This document shows, one piece after another, positions 12,611-25,337 of a stretch of DNA of 64,000 nucleotides (within the stretch, counting starts at the first letter, position 1; each line of letters opens with the position of its first letter). A model generated the notes under the pieces. The model worked only from the letters and a program-made list of their open reading frames with translations. It was not told the DNA's origin and did not search any database. The stretch comes from the human T2T-CHM13v2.0 reference genome, Homo sapiens. The translations under genes and the position numbers were made by a program. The DNA lies in assembly GCF_009914755.1 (NCBI RefSeq), contig NC_060936.1. One strand, given 5' to 3'.

Positions 12611-14158
12611 TCTTTTCTTTTTGCCACACTCAGTGTCCTGTGATTCCAAAGAAATGAGTCCCAGTTCTTTTCAGGCAGGAGCTATCCTAGAATGGATTCT
12701 GGCATAAGCATCAAAATCAATCGTAACATTATCATTTTACAGCCCCTTCATTCTGTATCTGGTAGCTCTTAAACTATTATCATGAAGATAATCATTATTG
12801 TGCCTCTCTCAGCAGATGGTATTTCCTTATGCTACAATGGTACTACAAATATTGGCTCATAATACCCATGTATGTTAGAACCATTCTAACACCTTCTCAA
12901 TAACTCTTCCATTTAACTCTTAATCACAGTGAATTTATTAATATCTCCAATGTTACATAAGGAAATGAAGTTGGAAAGACCACATGGCATTTTTTTTCAA
13001 CATTGAAACCCTAGTTGAGATCAAGCCGAAACTTGAACCTATGTTGTCTGACTATAGGGCTTTTGTTATTTATCAGTATGTTTTATTGTTTTCACACATT
13101 AAAATTGCACAACTGGGAGTTCAAAATTTTTGTTAGTACTACCAATTTTAAGATACCTCATCATGATACTTTGTCTTTATGTAAACCTTAAAGGACAGAT
13201 GTTTTCTTGATACTGACAGAACAAGGGAGTCTGACAGTAACCAGCCCCTCCTGTGTGGTCAACATTTTTGTTACTTTAGTATACATCATGTCAATTGTTT
13301 GTCTTTATAACAAACTTTGGAGTCATGTAGTAATATTTTTAGAAATTAGAAAATCCAGGCACAAAGGTTAATTGGCAATTATCTTTTGCAAAGCCTGTGG
13401 CGCTCATCTGAAAAGATGACGATCACTTCTTGTTTAGTGGAAAGACAATAAATAGTTGATAAATAATAGTCTTCCATCAGGGAGTTTTGTAATGAGAAAC
13501 CCTGACTCCTCAGTTCCCCAGTGGATGACTGCAATTCACTCTCGGTCTTTGCTATTGTGTTACCTGCTTATCCATTTTGTTACCTTTTAATGCATTACAT
13601 AAACGCATATTCTTTAATAATGGTGCTTTCCTCACATCTGTGCCATCCATGTTCATCAAGATCTTCTTTCAGTTTCTTTGACAACTAAAACTGTACATAT
13701 GTATTGTGTATGGCGTAATATTTCTACTGCACAGCGTTGCTTTACACAATGTGGTAAAAACTATGGAGTCTCCCAGGAAAATGCACACACACCGTACCCC
13801 TGTCTCATAAGGCAGTTTATAATTTCCAAGTGCATGGAGCCCGTCCTGCACACCGCTCTCCCACACCCCGCTCCAGCGCCTCTCCCTGAGTTACAGACCT
13901 CACTGTGGGCCCCTGGGGAACCAGCGCAGAGGTTTAAGCGGTGTGGGGTCAACTCCAAGGGTCAGGAGTTGGCAACCGGTTTGTTCCCCGTATAATTGGT
14001 GCCCCCGACACAGCATCTCCCCGAACCAATAACAGAAGCTTCTGACTTCTTCGCCCACCCTTCTGACTTCTTCTTGCTTCTCCCATAGAAGCAGGTGTGG
14101 GAACCGCTGAGCAGCACATCCTCCCCCAGCAGGAAATCCGGGACACGCAGGAGCCTCA

Positions 14159-14242
14159 GTGAATCCGACCATTGTCTCATCTCACCAGGCAGATGCCTCC
14201 GTGAATCTGACCATAGTCTCACCTCACCAGGCAGGTGCCTCC
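14159..14242. repeat. 42-bp tandem duplication (2 units, 38/42 identical)
   Basis: gtgaatccgaccattgtctcatctcaccaggcagatgcctcc / gtgaatctgaccatagtctcacctcaccaggcaggtgcctcc. Confidence 0.95.
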
Positions 14243-14552
14243 TCCATCCTACCTGCGATCAACTTTATTACTACAATTATTAATATAAAGCCAGCAGTCA
14301 TGTCCCAATATCAACCCCCATTATTTGTTTGACAGGCACTCGTTACTCCGGGAGGGTTGGCAGCTGCGGAAGAGCTGGGCGAGGCTTCCCAGAACCGGGG
14401 CCCCTGCCTTCCAGAACTGCCCCTGCCTTCCAGCCCTACACCCTGACCTGCTTTCCTGCTTCTCTCAGCACAACCAACACTGTCTTCACCTCTGCAGGCA
14501 GCTCCTCTGTGGCCCACTTAGTTCCTACCTGCCTTTAAAAATTAAATTAAAA

Positions 14553-14640
14553 AGCCAGGCATGGTGAGGCAGGAGGATAACCAGAGGCCAGGAGTTCGTG
14601 ACCAGCCTGGGCAACATAACGAGACCACGTCTCTAAAAAA
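14553..14640 (+). mobile_element. Alu monomer (FLAM-like), internally deleted
   Basis: agccaggcatggtg...gaggccaggagttcgtgaccagcctgggcaacata...ctctaaaaaa. Confidence 0.75.
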
Positions 14641-14664
14641 GTTTTATTTAAAAAAATTAAATAG

Positions 14665-14955
14665 AGAAGTCAGACGCAAAAGGACAGATATTGTATGAGT
14701 CCACTTATGTGAGGTGCCTGGAACAGTCAGATTCATAGCAGCAGAAGCAGTGGCCGCCAGGGATGGGGACGCAAGGCGGGAGTTGGGCAGCTTGTGTTTC
14801 ATGGGTGGAGTTTGAGGTTGGGATGATGGAAAAGTCCTGGAAATGGCTGGTGGCGACAGCTGCACAGCAGTGTGATGTGCTAACACCACTGAACTGTGTG
14901 CTTCAAAATGGTTTCCACGGTAAATTTTAGCTTAGGTTTATTTTACCACAATAAA
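14665..14955 (+). mobile_element. L1MB-type 3' end fragment
   Basis: gaagtcagacgcaaaaggacagatattgtatgagtccacttatgtgagg...ttttaccacaataaa. Confidence 0.75.
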
Positions 14956-14974
14956 GAGCTAGGAAAAGCTGGTA

Positions 14975-15095
14975 GAAAGAAAAGAAAAGGAAAGGAAAGG
15001 AGAGGAGAGGAAAGGAGAGGAGAGGAGAGAAGAGAAGAAAGGAATGAAGGAAGGAAGGGAGCCAGGGAGGAAGAGAGGGAAGGAGGGTGGAAAGA
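14975..15095. repeat. GA-rich (polypurine) simple repeat
   Basis: (GAAAA)/(GGAGA)/(GGAA) runs. Confidence 0.9.
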
Positions 15096-15202
15096 GGCTA
15101 AAAACCGTTAAGTGTTATAAAGGGAGCATGGGCCCAGAAGCCCAGCAATAGTCCCTCCTGGAATCCATTGGCTTGCCTCAAGAGTGTCTGAGCCTTCTCT
15201 TT

Positions 15203-15415
15203 TAGGGTTACCAGATAAATGCAGGATGCACAGTTAATATGCATTGGAGAAAATATTAATTTATTATTAGATAATACATAATTTCTTTAGCATAAGCATG
15301 TCCTGTGCCATGTTTAGTTAAGGGCATACTTATGCTAAAAAATTATTTCTTCTTATCTGAAATTCAGAATTAACTAGGCATTTTATATTTTTATTTGCTA
15401 AATCTGGCTACCCTA
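15203..15415. mobile_element. MER53 (hAT MITE)
   Basis: Terminal inverted repeats tagggttaccagat / atctggctacccta; 8-bp TSD ttctcttt (15195-15202) / ttctcttc (15416-15423). Confidence 0.85.
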
Positions 15416-15575
15416 TTCTCTTCGTAATATTCTTCAACTCTCCCAGCTTTGCCCTCCTTCCCTGTCCGCTCTTCTAGGGGAGTCGGATCGAGTTGTAAGG
15501 AGAACATGCCCACTGTCTTGATGGCTGCAGTGTGTGGTCCCCACAGGTGGTGAGGAAGAGATGGGTTTCCACCCA

Positions 15576-15923
15576 TGCTGTACACGGAATGTTTGTGTCC
15601 TCCCCAAATTCCTATGTTGAAGCCCTAACCACCAATGTAATGGTATTTGGAGATGGGCCTTTGGTAGGTAATTAGGGTTATATGAGGCCATGGGGTGGGG
15701 CCCTCATGATGGATCTGGTAAGAAAAGAGAACAGTGTCTCTCTCTACCCACCAAGTGAGGACACAAAGAGAATGTGGCTGCGTGCAAACCAGGAGGAGAG
15801 CCCTCACCAGGAACCAATCTAACTGACACCTTGAACTTGGACTTCCAAACCTCCAGTACTGTGAAAAATAAATGTATGTTTTTAAAGTCATCTAGTCTAC
15901 ACTATTTTGGTTTGACTAATACA
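15576..15923 (+). mobile_element. MLT1A-type MaLR solo LTR
   Basis: tg...gaatgtttgtgtcctccccaaattcctatgttgaagccctaacc...aataaatgtatgttttt...gactaataca. Confidence 0.85.
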
Positions 15924-16281
15924 ACCTGAAAATACATTTTCCCCTCACCCTACCTGAGCAATATCTAAGTTGCTTAAGGCACCCAGGGCACATCAGAGGA
16001 GAAATGTCCCATGCACAAGGCACAGCCATGCCCAGGAGAAGCAGCCCGGCACAGAAGGGAGCACACAGGCTCGGGGCTCTGCCACTCATTCTTCCTGTGA
16101 CCCTGGGCAAGTCACTGAGGGGGTGCTTCAGCTGACCTGTTTATAGCGGGCTTAATAGTGCTTGCCTTGCCTCCTGTGGAAGGCTGCAGAGACCGGATGT
16201 TAAAGCACTTTGTTATCTGTAGGGTTTATTTGAATGAGAAAGGAAATATGCATATGCTCCAGGATGTCTGTGTATCCAAAG

Positions 16282-16490
16282 ACACACACTCACACACACA
16301 CTCTCACACACTCACACTCACACACACACTGACACGCACACATGCTCCCACACACACACTCACACACACCCACACATGCTCACACACTATACTCACACAC
16401 ACTCACAACTTGCACACACTCATACACACACACACACATTCACACACTCTCTTTCACACACACACACACACACACACACTCTATCACATA
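16282..16490. repeat. Degenerate (CA)n tract
   Basis: About 200 bp of cacacact/cacaca; explains the His/Thr-rich ORFs here. Confidence 0.95.
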
Positions 16491-17559
16491 CCAAGCCTGG
16501 TTGCGTGTTCTCAAAGATGTGTTGCTAGGCACCAAGGTACTACTCCCAGTTCTAGAACCGGACCAGACAGTTCACCCTCCAGACGGTTCACCCTCAACTG
16601 TATAAAAGTTCTCTACCTAATCTACTACTGACAGACTCATCTCAGACCTAATTTTAAAGATTTCCTAGGAACTGAATTGCAAAAACTTTTACCCTCACCC
16701 TAGAGCTGCAATGGGAATCCTTGACCTCAGCCTAGACAAAGAAAAGCTGCAGGTCATTCTCATGTGTGGACAAGGAGGCCCTGCCTGCCTTTGCTGGCCA
16801 GCTGGGCTGAGTGGGCCTAGGGAAGGAGGACTGCAGGGTTGGTCCCAGGCAGTCTTGATGAGGCTTGCCTGCATCCTCCAACCTCCTTGATTCCCAGGAT
16901 CCGTGAGCATGGACTTTAGGAACTCTGGTGGAGGGGTGAAGAGCATGCAGTAGGGTGTCCTGAGCCCTGATCTATAGGAAGAAAATCGTAATGATTTCCT
17001 AGGAGACTGAGGACTTAGTTTAAGAGTTTAAGATGTTCCCTTGTATCACAGTTCATGGAACAGACTCCCCTCTCTCCTGGAAACCACTTTCCTCAACGGC
17101 ATTAAACTTCTCCAAGGTGCATTGCTTTTTGGGAAGTCTTCCAAGGACAGCTGGATTAAAGAGGAAGGAAATGTCTCACTCTCTAAACTGTTAGACAGAT
17201 GCAGCCAGACAGAAGATACAGCCAGCTTCTGTTGCTGTTTATAAGGTATTTGAAAGAAGCTTGGGTCCAGAACTCTGCCCAGAATGCTCTGTGCTGTGCA
17301 GGCAAAGACAAGCACTTTCCCTTGTGGGATCCTTGGGCTGAAGTCATCACTGGTTCTAGAGCCGGTTTTACTGAACACCCATGAATGTCTGTGTTCCGAG
17401 TGAGTTGGTCACTCACATCACCCTGACCTGCCCTGAGTTAGAACTTACATGATCCTACTTCTCCAGGAAGCTTCTGTGACAGCCAGGGACCTCCCCATTC
17501 TCTGAAACGTACAGCATTTGAAGCTTCACTAGACTGCTTAGTCCCTGTGGTTGTTCTCT

Positions 17560-17772
17560 GAGAGGTGGTAAAGCACAGCGATTACAAGGAAGGCCTTTGG
17601 TACTAGACTGCCTGGACTGGAGTCCTTATTCTGCTTAATAGCTGTGTGATCCTAGGCACGTTATTTGTGCCTCAGTTTCTACTCTATAATAATTTAGGGA
17701 CAATAACTGCATCTGTCTCTGTGGTGAGGATTCAGTGAGTTAATATATTTCAAGTGCTTAAAATGATGCCTG
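17560..17772 (+). mobile_element. MIR
   Basis: gctgtgtgatcctaggcacgttatttgtgcctcagtttct...gtgaggattcagtgagttaata...gtgcttaaa. Confidence 0.7.
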
Positions 17773-18180
17773 TGTCCATAGATGGATGAATGGATAAACA
17801 AACTGTGGTATGTACAAACAATGGAATATTACTAAGCCAGGAAAAGGAATGCAGAACTGATGCATGGCACCATGTGGTTAAACCTCAAAAGCATTATGTG
17901 AAGTGAAAGAAGCCAGACACAGGTCACATATTATGTAATTCAATTTATATGAAATATCCAGACTAGGTAAATCTATGGAAACAGAAAGCAGATTGGTGTT
18001 TTCCAGGGGCCGAGTGGAGGGGAGAATGGGAAGTGGCTACTTCATGGGTACAAGTTTTCATTTTGGGATGATGAAAATGTTTTGGAACTACAGAGAGGGA
18101 GTGGTGGGACAACATTGTGAATGTACTAAATGCCACTGATTGTTCACTTTAAAATGGTCAATTTTATGTGCATTTCACCT
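17773..18180 (+). mobile_element. L1MB-type 3' end fragment
   Basis: gtccatagatggatgaatggataaacaaactgtggtat...gttcactttaaaatggtcaattttatg. Confidence 0.85.
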
Positions 18181-18619
18181 GGGGCATAAGAAGTGCAGTG
18201 CAAGTGCTAGTTGTCGTCCTGCATGCATTCCTTGACTTCCTCGATGGAAGGACCAGGGCTATGTTTCGTACTTTCATATCCTCCTTGGTGTGGACATTTA
18301 CTGGCTATGAGGTGGAATCAGAGGAAGTGAGAGCCTGAAAGACTTCAGTGATCGCAGAGCTGATGCTCCACTGATAGAGGAGATGGGGCGGGGATGCCAC
18401 TGGGATTTTCTGTGTGCTCCAGGGAAACCTTTCCTTTCCTCAGGTCCAGGATGAGGAGACACAGCAACGTCCCTGTCACCACAGTTATTGAGTGCTTGCC
18501 CCGTGCCTTCAACAAGCCAGGGAAACAGACACATAACCAGATGATGCGAGTGCGATGCGTGTTTCGATAGGCACCGCGGAGGGCAGCCAGGTGCCTGGGA
18601 GCACTCACAGAGGAGCTCG

Positions 18620-19000
18620 TCTAGTTAAGATTACTTTCAGCTGTGCCCAAAAGAAACCCGACCACAGGGCTCAAGCACCGGGGTTCATATTCTCCACACA
18701 ACAGGAGAAAGGAGGTCGGTAGCCCAGGGCGGACATGGTGGCTCCATGATGCCTTCAGGAACCCAGGACTTCCTTCTACTCTGCCTGAGCACGTGGGTTT
18801 CAGCCTAAGAGTTGTAATATGTGTCCCCATTCGCAGGTGCTGCATAGGAGTCCCAGGCAGGAAGTAGGCAAGCACATAGAAAAAGGGTAAAAGGCAGAAA
18901 TGAGGCCAATCTCTTCCTTTTTAAAAGGAGATTCCTAAGAATCTCTGCCCAGCTGCTTCCTCTTACATCTTATTGACCGGCACTGGATCACACGAGTGCT
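18620..19000. mobile_element. Old MaLR LTR (MLT1K/L-like)
   Basis: Diverged MLT1 motifs such as gtggctccatgatgccttcaggaacccagg and gctgcttcctcttacatcttattgacc. Confidence 0.5.
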
Positions 19001-19227
19001 TCTAGCTGCATGGGAGTCTTGGGATTCTAACAGGAGGAAGGAGAGGGCAGGCAGAGGGCAGCTGTGCAGCTTCTGCTGGAGACACCAAACCGTTGGTGGA
19101 GGGATTGGGGTGCTCAGAGAAGGCTTCCTGGAGGGTGTGACGGCAGAGATGAACTTAAAGGCCAAGTGGGGGTTACCCTGGGGAAGCAGGGCAGGGTTAC
19201 AAGCATTCCAGGGACAGGAGGCAGCAT

Positions 19228-19620
19228 CAGTGTTTTAATGAAAAGATGGCAGTTCCTATAACAAACTATAAACAATCAAATAAAGGCTTAAACACAATGG
19301 AAGTTTATTTCTCAATAACGGAAAGTCCAAATCCATGATGCTTTAAGTCAGGGACCCAGGTTCCTCCCATCGATGCCTCCCAATCTGCCATTGCTAACCT
19401 GGGGCTTCCACGATGGTCACACTCCTTGGAAGTGAGAAGAGCAGACAGAGGACATGTGGGAGGTTTGAGGGACAGGCCTGGAAGCAGCATGTGTCACTCC
19501 AGTGCAGAGTCCATTGGCCTGCGCCGGCTCCAATGGCTACCTCTCACTGCAGGGGCAGCGGGGAAATACAGCCTGGCTGTCTACCCGGGAGGAAGAGTAG
19601 CCAGTTTCTGCCACAGTGAT
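19228..19620. mobile_element. Old MaLR LTR (MLT1K/L-like)
   Basis: ggcttaaacacaatggaagtttatttctc...tcagggacccagg...gtccattggcc...aatacagcct. Confidence 0.55.
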
Positions 19621-20460
19621 AAGGTTAGAAAATGTTCAGTCGGGTGTGGAGTGATTATTTCTCCTTTGTACACAGCAGGTGGAGAGGGGAAGGTGCCCTA
19701 GATATTGGACAAGAAAACTAAAGTCATTGGAAGTTTGTCTTTTGCTCTAAACTTAAGGCCTTGGCTCTCTCATTTGTAAATCAGGCTCTTGGTGAATTTG
19801 GTTAGCATGAATTCATTCTCCAGCACCAACTTACTCCAAAGTGAGCTAGACTTGATGAGCTTCTCCAGACTAAGCACGAGATCTTCAGCTCATGAGTCTA
19901 TCACGTGCAGTCTTCTGAGTCCCAGCTGCATCCCCCAGCTCACCTTCTTCATTTCTTGGTATGAAAATAAATCTGATTAGAGAGTCCACTGAAAACAACG
20001 TCCTCCACAGTAGCAGCTTCAGTTGGAAGAGATCTTTGTACACATCTAGTCTGATCCCTGCCCCATTAGAGGTCCCATAAGTGATGATCTAAGCCAGCAG
20101 TGAGCTTATCACCTCAAAATTTATTCTCTTTGGGATAGATCTAATTGTGAAAATCTGTTTTTCTTTATATACTGAGCTGAAATTTTTCAGTTTGTAAGTT
20201 CATTTCTCTAGAGCTACACAGGGTAAATGTACTTCAGCCACAGGAAAACCTTTTGAAACATTACACTTGCAGGAATTATAAACAAAATGTAAACATTCCT
20301 TACAATGAATTTCTCCTTTTCTTAACCATGTAAGGACTGTTCAATTTAAGACAAGAATATGATTGAGTGACTTTTGTATTGTAGGCAGAGGAATGAGGCT
20401 GACTGGAACAAGAGCTGAGCTTGTCTTTTAATCTTCTATTACACGGTGACTATCAGGAGC

Positions 20461-20960
20461 TGTGAAGGTTCTGAAATTTGACCTTATTTGCAAAGTTAAC
20501 AAGTGAGTCTGCCATAGTTTCAGGATGCTGGCAGAAGATGTGAGATTCCTGGGTTAGAGATAAAGGGTGGTTAATTACTCATAGCAATAGCAGTAGCCTG
20601 AGCACCATCATTTTCTTGTGCTGGTTCCCCAAGTCCCAATTCATGGGAGACAAGCAGAGCCAGGTGACAACTCCATATACAGGGTGTGTTACAGGAGAGG
20701 AGCCCTGAGTTTAGGAAACCCCAATCTTTTATTATGGGCCATAAGTAAACCTGCTGAGCTTTGCCTAGGGGAAAACATGATCTTTATTGTACCGAACAGC
20801 AAACAAACCAGTCATTTCCTCCGGAGGGAGACACTACCTCTGTTTTCCAAGGCTGATCTCATGCAAACATCCTTGAAAAGATTATCCAGAGCAAAGACAG
20901 CCAGCTCTGCTGCTTGTAATATGTGCAGAAACAAGAGGCCCCTGGAGAAATGTCTCCCAT
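20461..20960. mobile_element. ERV solo LTR (LTR47-like; subfamily tentative)
   Basis: tgtgaaggttctgaaatttgaccttatttgcaaagttaacaagt...gatgctggcagaagatgtgagattcctgggttagagataaagg resembles a recalled LTR47 terminus. Confidence 0.5.
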
Positions 20961-21287
20961 TAGCATTCACGTTTGACTTCATTTCAACTCTTTCATAAAA
21001 TATGCAAATCACCTAAACCTGTGCACTTATTTTTCTAAACCTCCCACCAAACCAAAATTCCATGCTAAAAGATACAGGAGCTATTACAGAAAAAGGAAAA
21101 GGGAAGGTGGGAGCTACATTATCTCATTATTTCCCTACTCAATTTTATTTACAAGTTTCTCTATTCTTTTCATTCACATCCAAGAGAGTGCTTTTCCTCC
21201 AAATAATGCAGATAGAAGAAACTGATTGGTAGCAATGCATGAATTCAACTGAAACTTTATATAGATTATATAAAAACTGGAAGCTTT

Positions 21288-24200
21288 GGTGGAGGGATCA
21301 TGACAGACGAGAGGCAGGACTAGATTGCAGCTCCAAACAGAGCAGCATGCGAAGGCTTGCATTGTGAATTTTAGCTCCAGATTGACTGCAAGAACAGACT
21401 AGCAATCCTGAGAGGACCCACAGACCCTCTGAAAGAAGCAGACTGCTCCTGTAGGACCCAGGAGACCCTCAAATACTGTGAGTGCCCCAATGTGGAAGTG
21501 GGAAAGGGAGACCCTCCTCTCCCGAACACACACCCCTCACTGGAGAAGTTTCTGACTTTACCTGGAGGTGAGTCAAGTTAGAGAGCTGAGCCAAGCAAAA
21601 TACAAGGGTAGAGGAAGCAGCAGAAAGGCGCTGGGAGCTCGCTGGATACCCAAGCAGCCCATTCCTGCCTGGTACCACAGGGATCCATCAGGAGGGTGGC
21701 AGAGGAGCAGGAGATAAAACTCCATAGGAAGGAGGACTTCTCTAGCTGAACTTTGTTACAATTTGCACGGGGCAAGAAGCCTCCTGGCCAGAACTCGGGG
21801 AAGGGCGTGAATCCGGCTTGCAGACTTCACAGACGGGGGAAGAACTAAAGCCCTTTTCTTTGGCAGCTGGGAGGTGGAAAGCCTGGGGCAAGTTTTCAAG
21901 TCCGACTTGCCCTCCACCCAGAAACAGACTCAGGGCTGTTCGTGGTGGGGCATGGTGGGAGTGAGACCAACCCTTCAGTTTGTTCTAGGGCCCCTGCCCA
22001 CCACTGGTCCCTTGCCACACTAGTACAGCTGATGCTTTCTGGAAAATGCCACCTCTTGGCAGAAGGCCAACCATCACAAAAATAGAGTATTAAATCCCCA
22101 AAGCTAAGGTCCTTCACAGAGTCCACTGCACCCTCCGCCACCTCCACTGAAACAGGCGCTGGTATCCACGGCTGAGAAACCCATACATGGTTCACATCAC
22201 AGGACTCTGTGCAGACAACCCCCAGTGCCAGCCCGGAGCTGGGTAGACTCACTGAGTGGCTAGACCCAGAAGAGAGGAAACAATCACTGCAGTTCAGCTC
22301 ACAGGAAGCCACATCCACAGGAAAAGAGGGAGAGTACTACATCAAGGGAACACCCTGTGGGACAAAAAAGTCTGAACAATAACCATCAGCCCTAGACTTT
22401 CCCTCTGACACAGGCTACCCAAATGAGAAGGAAGCAGAAAAACAACCCTGGTAATATGAAAAAACAAGGCTGATCAACCCCCCTCCAAAATTCCCACTAG
22501 TTCAGCAGCAATGGATCCAAACCAAGAAGAAATCCCTGATTTACCTGAAAAAGAATTCAGGAAGTTAGTTATTAAGCTAATCAAGGAGAGACCAGAGAAA
22601 GGCGAAGGCCAATGTAAGGAAATCCAAAAAATGATACAAGAAGTGAAGGGAGAAATATTCAAGGAAATAGATAGCTTAAAGAAAAAACAATAAAAAAAAT
22701 TCAGGAAACTTTGGACACACTTTTAGAAATGCAAAATGCTCTGGAACATCTCAGCAATAGAATTGAACAAGTAGAAGAAAGAAATTCAGAGCTCGAAGAC
22801 AAGGTATTTAAATTAACCCAATCCATCAAAGACAAAGAAATAGAATAAGTAAATATGAACAAAGCCTCCAAGACCGCCTGGTATTATGTTAAATGACCAA
22901 ACCTAAGAATAATCAGTGTTCCTGAGGAAGAAGACAATTTTAAATGCTTGGGAAACATATTTGAGGGAATAATTGAGGAAAACTTCCCTGGCCTTTCTAG
23001 AGACCTAGACATGCAAATACAAGAAGCACAAATTTGGGAAATTCATTGCAAAAAGATCTTCACCTAACCACATTGTCATCAGGTTACCCAAAGTTAAGAT
23101 GAAGGAAAGAATCTTAAGAGCTATGAGACAGAAGCACCAGGTAACCTAATCTATAAAGGAAAGCCTATCAGATTAACAGCAGATTTTTCAGCAGAAACCC
23201 TATAAGCTAAAAGGGATTGAGGCCCTATCTTCAGCCTCCCCAAACAATTATCAGCCAAGAATTTTGTATCCAGTGAAACTAAGCATCATACGTCAAGGAA
23301 AGATACAGTCGTTTTCAGACAAACAAATGCTGAGAGAATTTGTCCTTACCAAGCCATCACTACAAGAACTGCTAAAAGGAGCTCTAAGTCTTGAAACAAA
23401 TCCTGGAAACACATCAAAACAGAACCTCTTTAAAGCATAAATCACAAAGGCCCTATAAAACAAAAATACAAGTTAAAAAGCAAAAACAAAAAAACAAAAA
23501 TAAACAAAGTAGGCAGGCAACAAAGAGCACGATGAATGCAACAGTACCTCACATTTCAATACTAACATTGAATGGAAATGGCCTAAATGCTCCACTTAAA
23601 AGATACAGAACCACAGAATGCATAAAAACTCACCAACCAACTACCTGCTGCCTTCAGGAGACTCATCTAACACGAGGACTCACATAAACTTAAAGTAAAG
23701 GCGTGGAAAAATGCATTTCATGCAAATGGACACCAAAAGCAAGCAGGGGTTGCTATTCTTATATCAGACAAAACAAACTTTAAAGCAACAGCAGTTAAAG
23801 GAGACAAAGAGGGACATTATATAATGGTAAAAGGCCTTGTCCAATAGGAAAATATCACAATCCTAAACATATATGAACCTAACACTGGAGCTCCCAAATT
23901 TATTAAACAATTACAAACAGACCTAAGAAATGAGATAAACAGCAACACAATAATAGTGGGGGACTTCAATACTCCACTGACAGCAGTAGACAGGTCATCA
24001 AGACAGAAAATCAACAAAGAAACAATGGATTTAAACTGTATCTTGGAACAAATGGACTTAACAGATCTATACATAACATTTCATCCAACGACCACAGAAT
24101 ACACATTCTATTCAACAGCAATGGAACTTTTTCCAAGATAGACCATATGATAGGTCATAAAATGAGCCTCAATAAATTTAAGAAAATTGAAATTATATCA

Positions 24201-24602
24201 AGCACTCTCTCAGATCACAGTGGAATAAAACTGGAAATCAACCCCAAAAGGTACCTTTGAAACCACGTAAATACATGGCAATTAAATAACCTACTCCTCA
24301 ATGAACATTGGGTCAAAAATGAAAACAAGATGGAAATTTAAAAATTCTTCGAACTAAGTAACAATAATGACACAACCTATCAAAAGCTCTGGGATACAGC
24401 TAAGGCGGTGCTAAGAGGAAAGTTCACAGCCCTAAATGCCTACATCAAAAAGCCCGAAAGAGCACAAACAGACGATCTAAGGTTACACGTCAAGGAACTA
24501 GAGAAACAAGGACAAACCAAACCCAAACACAGAAGAAGAAAGGAAATAACCAAGATCATACCAGAACTAAATGAAATTGAAATAAACAACAACAACAAAA
24601 AA
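21288..24602 (+). mobile_element. L1PB (L1PB1/L1PBa-like) 5'UTR, ORF1 remnant and ORF2 endonuclease remnant
   Basis: 5' end gggatcatgacagacgagaggcaggactagattgcagctcc; ORF1 from ~22423 (MDPNQEEIPDLPEKEFRKLVIKL); ORF2 from ATG 23532 (PHISILTLN.NGLNAPLKR, CCLQETHL, GDFNTPL, DHSGIKLEI); multiple stops and frameshifts. Confidence 0.93.
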
Positions 24603-24620
24603 TATCTCTACTTTGATGAT

Positions 24621-24784
24621 TTTTTTTTTTTTTTTCTGAGATGGAGTCTTGCTCTGTCACCCAGGCTGGGGTGCAGTGGTGCGATCTCGGCTCACTGCAA
24701 GCTCCGCCTCCCGGGTTCACGCCATTCTCCTGACTCAGCCTCCTGAGTAGCTGGGACTACAGGCGCCCGCCACCACGCCTGGCC
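24621..24784 (-). mobile_element. 5'-truncated AluY (right arm) inserted in env
   Basis: AluY-type gcaagctccgcctcccgggttcacgccattc with CpGs retained; TSD ctttgatgatttt at 24611-24623 and 24787-24799. Confidence 0.92.
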
Positions 24785-24923
24785 TCCTTTGATGATTTTA
24801 GGTCGTATCCCTGGGCTATGGATTCCTGTTAATCTGCCCGAGGCTTGGGCTGCCACACCTGCTTTGCATTTTGTGAAACTTCTTCTAACTTAGCTTACTC
24901 ATCACGTCCATAGAGCCTTAGGC

Positions 24924-25337
24924 ATGATAATTTTTGCTACTGTTTCCTTGGTCACACTAATGTCTTCTGTTGTGATGTCCTATGTAGCTTTGCATATTGC
25001 TATTCAAACAGCTCAGTATGTGGAGAACTGGACACACACAGCCAACCAAGCGTGGCTACTTCAGAATGGAATTAACACTGAGCTACAAACTGAAGTGGCA
25101 GTGTTGAAATCCATGGTTCTATGGTTAAGGGAACAAGCACAAAGCTTGCAGTTGCAGCAGCAATTGCATTGTCCTTTTAATCACACTCATATTTGTGTAA
25201 CCAACTTAGAATACAACCGAAGTGAGTATCCGTGGGACCTTGTGAAAGCCCATTTGCAGGGAGCTTTCACATCCAACGTCACCTTTGATATTGGTGAATT
25301 ACAAAACAACATTATTAATTTAAATGGGCAAACATAA
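24924..25337 (+). CDS. Open 137-codon HML-6 env TM-ectodomain fragment (translation unproven)
   Basis: ORF track MIIFATVSLVTL...NLNGQT*; the same frame resumes after the single TAA into the membrane anchor (25452 is in frame). Confidence 0.25.
   Translation: MIIFATVSLVTLMSSVVMSYVALHIAIQTAQYVENWTHTANQAWLLQNGINTELQTEVAVLKSMVLWLREQAQSLQLQQQLHCPFNHTHICVTNLEYNRSEYPWDLVKAHLQGAFTSNVTFDIGELQNNIINLNGQT

Noticed and set aside
13636-13684. Possible 49-bp minus-strand exon (ttttag|...LSKKLKEDLDEHGWHR...|gtgagg)
   Set aside because: Weak polypyrimidine tract, no protein I recognise and no partner exons.
16158-16631. His/Thr-rich 157-aa ORF
   Set aside because: Translation of the (CA)n tract.
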